From Abditibacteriaceae bacterium (GTDB lineage: Bacteria > Armatimonadota > Abditibacteriia > Abditibacteriales > Abditibacteriaceae): 20,031 nucleotides of DNA. The position numbers and the translations under genes are program-made. Below the pieces are notes generated by a model that was given only the letters and a program-made list of their open reading frames with translations, made no database searches and was not told where the DNA came from. Each line of letters opens with the position of its first letter. The stretch's first letter is position 1. Where the stretch lies: contig JANPJS010000264.1 in assembly GCA_031425655.1 (NCBI GenBank), forward strand, positions 1 through 20,031. The letters are read 5' to 3'. Below are positions 13,816-20,031 of the stretch, in pieces.

Positions 13816-15906
13816 TCACGGCGTATCGGCTCTGACGGTTTGCGGTTCCGTGATCGAAGCCAAAACGTGCGAAGGTTGGGAGGCGGGTTCGCTTTGCTTC
13901 TCATGCCAGCGAATAAGCTCGTAGACCGTGATGTCTTCGTCTCCGCCTTTGGAAAAACAAGGTCTTGGGACGCCAACCTCGACTTCGCCCTGCACGCTCT
14001 GATAAGTCGCGGCGCTGATGAGAATCCGCGTGTTGAATTCTTTGTTCAAGTCTTCGATGTGGGCGGCTAAATTGACCGAATCGCCGACAACGGTGAAATC
14101 GAGGCGTTGGCGCGAACCCATGTTTCCGGCAATCATCGAGCCGGTGTTAATGCCGATGCCGATGTCAACGATGGGCCAGCCGCGCTCTTGCCATCGGGCT
14201 TGCAGGCGTTGTAATTCGTTTTGCATTTCGAGGGCTGTCGCTACGGCGCGCCGCGCGTGATCTTCGCTGGGCACAGGAACGCCGAACACCGCCATAATCG
14301 CGTCGCCGACGTATTTATCAACTGTGCCCTCGTTCCGAAACACCACGTCCGTCATGGTTTGCAAGTATTCGTTGAGCAGCGCCACCACTAAAGCCGGCGG
14401 GTTTTCGCGCGAGAGCTTGCTAAAGCCGCGAATGTCGGAAAACAAGACCGTCGCCGTCACCTGTTCGCCGCCTAACACGCATTTGTTGGGGTGCGTCACG
14501 ATATAAGCCGCTACCTGCGGGCTGACGTAGCGTTGCAACAGCGAGCGCATCCAGTTTTTCTCGCGCTCTTCGAGCAGGCCGCGCTCGGTTGAAATGCCCA
14601 GCGTAGCTAAAGTAATGGCTAAGGCCGGCGCAAGCAGGTGAAAATAAAGGCCGTATTCAACAAAGCAAAAAATGTTCAAGACAATGTAGCCGATCAACAA
14701 AAGCAGCATGGCTATAGCCGCGCGCAGCAAGCGCCAACTGGCGGCGCAGCGGCAGGCCACCGCCGCTAAGACTGCGATTAGCAGCAGATTGGCCCAGGGC
14801 GGCGCTTCACGCAGCAACTCGTTATACGTCGCCGCTGCCAGCACCGTCGCCGCCGCGTGCGCTTGAATTTCCATGCCCGGCATTCCGCCGACCGGCGTGT
14901 AACGAAAATCGTTGCCCATCGTGGTCGCGTCGCCGATGATAACGATTTTATCTTTGAAAAATTGGTTTTCCTGATAAAACGGCTCCGTGGCGGCGCCGTC
15001 GCAGACATCTTCGTAAGGCACCGAGGCGAAGAAACCGCCGCCATTTTCATCGTTGGGCTTGCCTAAATAGGAAATCGGCAGCTTGCCGTTGGTCAGCGGC
15101 AGGGAAAAATTACCGGCGCTCAATCCGTGAACCACGCGCGAGCCTTCCTGCGGCAAAGGCTTCCCGATGGTTCGCAGCGGTTGATCCGCCAATCCCAGCG
15201 CCATCAAGGCCGCATTGACGCCTAAGCCGGGAATCACTAAATGCAGCTTTTCTATGCGGCGCTCATCTACGGCGGTCACGGCGCTGATAATGGGCCTCTG
15301 CACGTCCTGCGGTGAGTTAATCAAGCCCTGATGCGGGCTGGCCTGCCACAAATCTGCGTGCGGCTTCGCAAGGTGAGGCGCGTTGGCTTCGTTTTCATAA
15401 GCGCAGGCCCAGAGAACCCGGCCTCGCGCCGCCCGTGCCGCCGCCACAAAGGCCGCATCATCGGCGCCCTTTTGATCGAAAATGATGTCGAAAACGATGA
15501 CTTTAGCGCCCGCACGCGTTAAATCGCGGATAACTCTGGCGTGCAGATGGCGCGGCAGAGGCGGGCCGGGAATTCTGGGGTCTTTTGTGGGATCGAAAGT
15601 GTCATCGGTGAAGGGCACGAGCACGATTTGCCGGCGCACCCAGGACGCGATGTCCTCGTGATATTGGCCATAGGCCGACATTCGCAGATTATAAGCGTAT
15701 TGCTCGGCATCATTGAGAGCTTTGGCGTCGAGAAAAACGCATACACCCACCACAACGAGATAAGTCAGGAGGATGTGCAGCAAGCGGCGTAACTTAGGAA
15801 ACGAGCGCACTTGCTGCAAAGTGGCCGGGTCGGCATCCGCGCTGTGTCCGGCGCCGCGCCGCTGGCCGCGCCTAAGATTCCATTGGGCAGCGAGTTTTGA
15901 AAACAC
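13816..15906 (-). CDS. CHASE2-domain class III adenylate/guanylate cyclase
   Basis: Transmembrane helix, CHASE2 motifs (PRHLHARVI..L..AGAKVIVFDIIF; KDKIVIIG; TPVGGMPGMEIQA), three transmembrane helices, then cyclase motifs TVLFSDIRGFS, DKYVGDAIMAVFG, GIGINTG, FTVVGDSVNLAA. The Lys/Thr specificity residues point to ATP. Confidence 0.93.
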   Translation of the reverse strand: MFSKLAAQWNLRRGQRRGAGHSADADPATLQQVRSFPKLRRLLHILLTYLVVVGVCVFLDAKALNDAEQYAYNLRMSAYGQYHEDIASWVRRQIVLVPFTDDTFDPTKDPRIPGPPLPRHLHARVIRDLTRAGAKVIVFDIIFDQKGADDAAFVAAARAARGRVLWACAYENEANAPHLAKPHADLWQASPHQGLINSPQDVQRPIISAVTAVDERRIEKLHLVIPGLGVNAALMALGLADQPLRTIGKPLPQEGSRVVHGLSAGNFSLPLTNGKLPISYLGKPNDENGGGFFASVPYEDVCDGAATEPFYQENQFFKDKIVIIGDATTMGNDFRYTPVGGMPGMEIQAHAAATVLAAATYNELLREAPPWANLLLIAVLAAVACRCAASWRLLRAAIAMLLLLIGYIVLNIFCFVEYGLYFHLLAPALAITLATLGISTERGLLEEREKNWMRSLLQRYVSPQVAAYIVTHPNKCVLGGEQVTATVLFSDIRGFSKLSRENPPALVVALLNEYLQTMTDVVFRNEGTVDKYVGDAIMAVFGVPVPSEDHARRAVATALEMQNELQRLQARWQERGWPIVDIGIGINTGSMIAGNMGSRQRLDFTVVGDSVNLAAHIEDLNKEFNTRILISAATYQSVQGEVEVGVPRPCFSKGGDEDITVYELIRWHEKQSEPASQPSHVLASITEPQTVRADTP

Positions 15907-15917
15907 AGCCTGCCCCT

Positions 15918-18900
15918 TTAAAACCGTTGTGTGGCGCCCAGACGAATCGCGCGGCGGCCTGTCGCAAAGCCGTTGAACTGCGCTTGAGCGCGATTGAAAA
16001 CGTTGGTGACGCTGAAGAACAACTCACTGCGCGTCGAGGGCGCTCTGGCTAAGAGCAAGTCCACATAATTCGCTGAAGGGAAAACGGGTCGCCCGGCGAT
16101 GAGTGGATCATCTTGAAAAAACGAACCGACGTGGCGCAGGCGCACGCCGATTTTGGTGCCCCCGGCACTGATGTGATTCAACTCCAGAGCGCCGACACGC
16201 TTCGGCTCGTAAGGCGCGCTGCTGAAAGCATCGGCGCTGGTGCGACGCAGGGTGAAGTCAAATGAAGCGAACAAATGGCGTCCCATCTGGCGTTCGTAGC
16301 GCGCTCCGGCGCCGCTGCCTTTCCAGTTTGCCAAGCGCAAAAACGGCGCGTTGGCAGCGGGCAAACCGCCGCCAAAACCGATGAAGTCGGGGCCGCCGAT
16401 CTGGACGTTGCTGGCGCTGGAACGAAAAACGAACACTTTCACGAAGTCTTTGGGGCCGATATAACGCTCGGCCTCCAATTGCGCCAAGTGTTGCAGTTCG
16501 GGCGTGCCGTAAGGCAAAGCGCCGGAGCGCGTAGTGAGCAGCGTTTCGTTGGGCGCGAAGTTACTGGCCGTGACATCGGTTACGCGCTGGTTCATCGAAA
16601 AGCGCAGCGTGGTGCGCTGATCGGCCTGATAACTGGCTAAAAAACTGGGCAGCAGATAAGTGCGCGAAGGCGAACTGGCTACGCTGATTAAATCTCTGCC
16701 GGGCAGCGACAGCGTGGATAAACGGTCGCGGTCAATGCGCTGGGCGCGCAACTGCCCAATCAGCGACAAACGCCGTCCCAGACGCTGCGCCAACTGGCCG
16801 TAAGCGAGCCAGGTGCCGGCATCTTCGGAAAAGGTGCTTCTGCCATCACCCGAACCGAGAGGCACCAACAAATTGCGCCGCTGATCGAAAGAAGTCGAAG
16901 CATAGGCCGCGCCAAAAGTCAGCACGCCGCTGTTTTGCGTTGAAGGATTCAGTGCCGCATCGAAGCGTAATTCGGGCACAATCGCGCGCGTATTGAAACG
17001 CTGGCCGCGCACCGGCAAAAGCAAAGTGCCGCCGGGAAAGCCCCCCGTTGCATCGGTAAACGAATCAAGATCGGGATCGAAAGCATCGCTGCGTGAAGTA
17101 TTTCCGCGCACGCCTAACCAAAGCGAGCGCCCCGCTCCCACACGTTGGCGCACCGCTAATTGCGCGTCGCCGAAGCGAAAACGCGAGTGATCATCGTTGT
17201 CAGGATTCAGCGTCGAGCCGCCCAGTCCCAACCGCGAGCGCGTATGATTCAAACTCAGAAAAACATTGGTGCGCGGCGCGGGGACATAAGTAATGAATTC
17301 GGAAAGGCTCAGATTGCGACGCCCGGTGTTGGCGAGGTCGCCGCCGTCACCGGCGCGATTGAGAAAGCCGAAAGCGTGAAACTTCCCGTCGGAAGCCGTA
17401 TTGCGATGCGTGAAATCAACGCCGCTACGCCCGCTGTCTCCGGCGACAGGCGTTAGCTCGAAGCCCACGCCGCCGCGCAACAATTGCCGCGCCACCGCCG
17501 GGTCGTGCAAAAACGATTGGGTAAAGCTGCTCAATGCGGGCCGCAAATCGGCTCCGCTGTGCTTAAAGGCCAGTTGCGCCAATGCCAAAGCGTTTTGGGG
17601 ATCAAGAGTCAGCGCAGTGCGAAATTCGCGTTCGGCCTGCGCGCCTAATCCGCTGAAGCGGCCCGGCAGCAAGCCGACGCTGCGTTCGCTGGAATTCGTG
17701 TTGTCGTTGACGGCGCTGAATTGATAAGCCAGGCCCAAAATCGCGTGATACTGCCCGACTTCGGGTGCTAAGCGCACGGCGGTTTGCGCGGCTTGAATCG
17801 CCTGATCCAAACGATTGCCATAAATGAGCGAACGCGCCAAGTCAGCGTGATAAAGCGCGCTGCGCGGCATTTTCTGCAAGGCTTGACTATATGATTGTGC
17901 GGCTTTATCGTAATTGCCCTGCTCGTAGAAGACTTCGCCCAACGCGCCTAAAGCGGCGTCGCTTTGGCGTTGGCGCGGCGGCAAAGCTTCGATCACGCCG
18001 ACGGCTTCGCGCGCTCGTCCCATGCCGTTATAAACGCGCGCAAGTGCCGAGGCCGCCGGTAAAAAGTCGGGCGTTAGGCGCAGCGATTCTTTGAGTTCGA
18101 GTTCGGCGTGGCTCAAATCGCGGCGGCTGGCGTTGGCCACGCCCAATAAATAGCGCGCCTGCGACAGTTGAGGATCGAGCGCAACCGCCTGAGCCGCCGT
18201 TGTCGCAGCGGCATCCACATCGCCTTGAGCTAATTCGGCCTGCCCAAGCGCCACACGCGCCGCGACGGAATCGGGATTTAAAGCCACCGCCTGCAAACCC
18301 GCGCGCCGCGCCGCATTAGGCTGGCCGTTGAAGAAATAGACCAGCGCCAAGTTGCCTTGCGCCAAGCCCGAATGCGGCTCCATCTGAGTTGCCAACCGCG
18401 CTTGAAAAAGAGCTTTATCGAGTTGATTTTGCGCTAAATAGGCAAGGCCCAGCCAGGCGTGCGCCTGATAGCGATAATGTGCCGGTTCGCTCGTTGAGGC
18501 TTCCAGCAGCGGCGCTAAAGCCGATTCGGCTTCGCCGGGCTGCCTTAAACGCGCCACACCTAAAGCAATGCGCGCTTCGGCGGATGTTGACTCATCGTTC
18601 GCAGCATTTGTGGCAACAGTTTTCGCAGTGGCCTCGCTCGCAAGAGCTTGCTGCGCCGCCGCCTCGGCTTGCGCCGGACGCTCGCGGATAAGATCAAGCC
18701 ACGCCATTCCCACCAGAGCCGGCGCGTAGGATTTCACACCTAACGCCGCCGGTTGGCCTTCGTCGGCGATGAGTTGGGGAGTCGCTACTGCGCTATTTTG
18801 CGCGATTCCTATTGTCGCTGCGGCGCCCGCCGCGCGAAAAGCTGCTTCGGCTTCGTCTAACAAGTCGAGTTCCACGAATGTATAACCGAGGCGCGTTAAA

Positions 18901-19718
18901 GTGAGTGGCTGGCGCGGCGTTAAACGCAAAGCGGCTTCGTATTCGCGTCGGGCTTCGTCGAAGCGTCTGCTGTCGAAAAGCGCATCGCCAAGATTGCGGC
19001 GCGCGATTTCGCTGTCGGGTTGGGCCTGCGCTTGTGCCATGCGACGGCTCAACTCGGTGGCCACCACTTGCTTATCGAGGCTGATGAAGAACTTTTCGTG
19101 GGGGATGGCGGCACGGTCGAGATCAAGCGTCCATTCGATAATCAGTCCGGCGTTCTGCACCGTAATTGGTGCGCTTGGCGCGGCGCCGGGCCGCGTCACG
19201 CTTTGCTGCGAGGTGCCGACAACGGCTTTGCCGAATTCATTCCATAATTCGACTTCGCCTTCTACGACGGTAACCGTCGTGGTGCCGTCATCGGGCGCGA
19301 CGCTGAGGTGAATTTCCGTGCCGCGCACGCCTAAAGCTACGGTGCGCGTTTGCACGGCGTTGCCGGGACGCAGGCGCGCCCACACATCGCCGCTGAGGGC
19401 GCGGAAGAGACTGACTTTGCCGTTGCCCACCGGCGTGGGCGCTGTAATGTTGATGGCCGAGTCTTCGTGCAGGCGCACTTGGGCGCCGTCGTTGAAAAGC
19501 AGGGTAATTTTGCCACGCTTGCCGGTTCCTACGATATCGCCGGGAAACAGGGATTGGCGGCGGGCGGCGGCAAATTGCGTTTTGCCCTTGCTGCGAATGA
19601 AAGCCTGCCCGGTGACGGTTCGCACAACAGCCACGGGCTTGATCGCCGCCAACGCCGGGCTGAGCCAACACGCCATCAGCACGAAGATCACCTGCATAGC
19701 CCGAAGTTTGTTTCGCAT
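15918..19718 (-). CDS. FecR-domain / TPR-repeat / TonB-dependent-receptor-like beta-barrel outer-membrane protein
   Basis: Signal peptide from Met at 19718 (or 19697; the ORF extends to 19823). FecR-like LFPGDIVGTG..LLFNDGAQVRL..LGVRGTE..VTVVEGEV, many TPR units, and a C-terminal barrel ending NVFN...GRRAIRLGATQRF (terminal Phe). Stops 11 nt before the cyclase start. Confidence 0.87.
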   Translation of the reverse strand: MRNKLRAMQVIFVLMACWLSPALAAIKPVAVVRTVTGQAFIRSKGKTQFAAARRQSLFPGDIVGTGKRGKITLLFNDGAQVRLHEDSAINITAPTPVGNGKVSLFRALSGDVWARLRPGNAVQTRTVALGVRGTEIHLSVAPDDGTTTVTVVEGEVELWNEFGKAVVGTSQQSVTRPGAAPSAPITVQNAGLIIEWTLDLDRAAIPHEKFFISLDKQVVATELSRRMAQAQAQPDSEIARRNLGDALFDSRRFDEARREYEAALRLTPRQPLTLTRLGYTFVELDLLDEAEAAFRAAGAAATIGIAQNSAVATPQLIADEGQPAALGVKSYAPALVGMAWLDLIRERPAQAEAAAQQALASEATAKTVATNAANDESTSAEARIALGVARLRQPGEAESALAPLLEASTSEPAHYRYQAHAWLGLAYLAQNQLDKALFQARLATQMEPHSGLAQGNLALVYFFNGQPNAARRAGLQAVALNPDSVAARVALGQAELAQGDVDAAATTAAQAVALDPQLSQARYLLGVANASRRDLSHAELELKESLRLTPDFLPAASALARVYNGMGRAREAVGVIEALPPRQRQSDAALGALGEVFYEQGNYDKAAQSYSQALQKMPRSALYHADLARSLIYGNRLDQAIQAAQTAVRLAPEVGQYHAILGLAYQFSAVNDNTNSSERSVGLLPGRFSGLGAQAEREFRTALTLDPQNALALAQLAFKHSGADLRPALSSFTQSFLHDPAVARQLLRGGVGFELTPVAGDSGRSGVDFTHRNTASDGKFHAFGFLNRAGDGGDLANTGRRNLSLSEFITYVPAPRTNVFLSLNHTRSRLGLGGSTLNPDNDDHSRFRFGDAQLAVRQRVGAGRSLWLGVRGNTSRSDAFDPDLDSFTDATGGFPGGTLLLPVRGQRFNTRAIVPELRFDAALNPSTQNSGVLTFGAAYASTSFDQRRNLLVPLGSGDGRSTFSEDAGTWLAYGQLAQRLGRRLSLIGQLRAQRIDRDRLSTLSLPGRDLISVASSPSRTYLLPSFLASYQADQRTTLRFSMNQRVTDVTASNFAPNETLLTTRSGALPYGTPELQHLAQLEAERYIGPKDFVKVFVFRSSASNVQIGGPDFIGFGGGLPAANAPFLRLANWKGSGAGARYERQMGRHLFASFDFTLRRTSADAFSSAPYEPKRVGALELNHISAGGTKIGVRLRHVGSFFQDDPLIAGRPVFPSANYVDLLLARAPSTRSELFFSVTNVFNRAQAQFNGFATGRRAIRLGATQRF

Positions 19719-19835
19719 ATCGTTCTTATTGCTCTTGCAGCCATTTAATTCCGCGATGCAAAGCCTCGCTTCTCGGTGTGTTTTAGCACCATGTTGGCCT
19801 TTTAAAGACAGAGAAGCCTGCATACCAGTAATTAA

Positions 19836-20031
19836 CCCAAGTTGCTACCCATCACATCCGAAGTAATGGAACCGCATTCAACCCCCATCCAACCCTGCCC
19901 AAAGGGCGCCCGCCCGGTGGGGGAAGAGCCGGGCTTCTCAAGGAATTTTGCCCGTGAAAAGCGTAGCTCTTCCCCCACCGGGGGAAGTTGGATGGGGGAA
20001 TGAGCGACGCAGTCGCTCTTCAAACGATAGG
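19836..20031. mobile_element. MITE-like element 3 (left end only; truncated by the window edge)
   Basis: Exact copy of the element-2 terminus (TAA)CCCAAGTTGCTACC at 19836-19849, followed by an inverted REP-like pair at 19882-19929 and 19966-19998. Confidence 0.6.

Noticed and set aside
19719..20023. N-terminal extension of the FecR-TPR ORF to 19823, and the 63-aa ORF 19832-20023
   Set aside because: The signal peptide begins at Met 19718 or 19697. The small ORF is a read-through of the repeat element.

Overview
A GC-rich bacterial window dominated by cell-envelope and signalling genes. The gene mix (SLH-beta-barrel tether, copper-amine-oxidase N-terminal domain protein, outer-membrane barrel) suggests a diderm Terrabacteria lineage such as Armatimonadota/Abditibacteriota; this is inference, not a database result. 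Minus strand: secreted FAD-dependent oxidoreductase, PhyH-type dioxygenase, SppA, an OmpM-like SLH/collagen/coiled-coil/barrel protein behind a ~580-nt structured leader, a Cu-amine-oxidase-N + GH-A-like protein with apparently degenerate catalytic residues, a 77-aa secreted protein with a sigma54-like promoter, two TIM-barrel isomerase/epimerases, and a FecR-TPR-barrel gene coupled to a CHASE2 adenylate cyclase (NsrA/CyaK-like). Plus strand: a LysM-SH3-NlpC/P60 hydrolase. The intergenic DNA is the most unusual part. Three MITE-like elements share a terminal repeat (CCCAAGTTGCTACC or the variant CCCGACTTGC) but each carries a different REP-like palindrome pair, and tiny CCC-loop-GGGYGCCC units appear inserted into their hairpins. 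No rRNA, tRNA, CRISPR array or transposase gene was seen.
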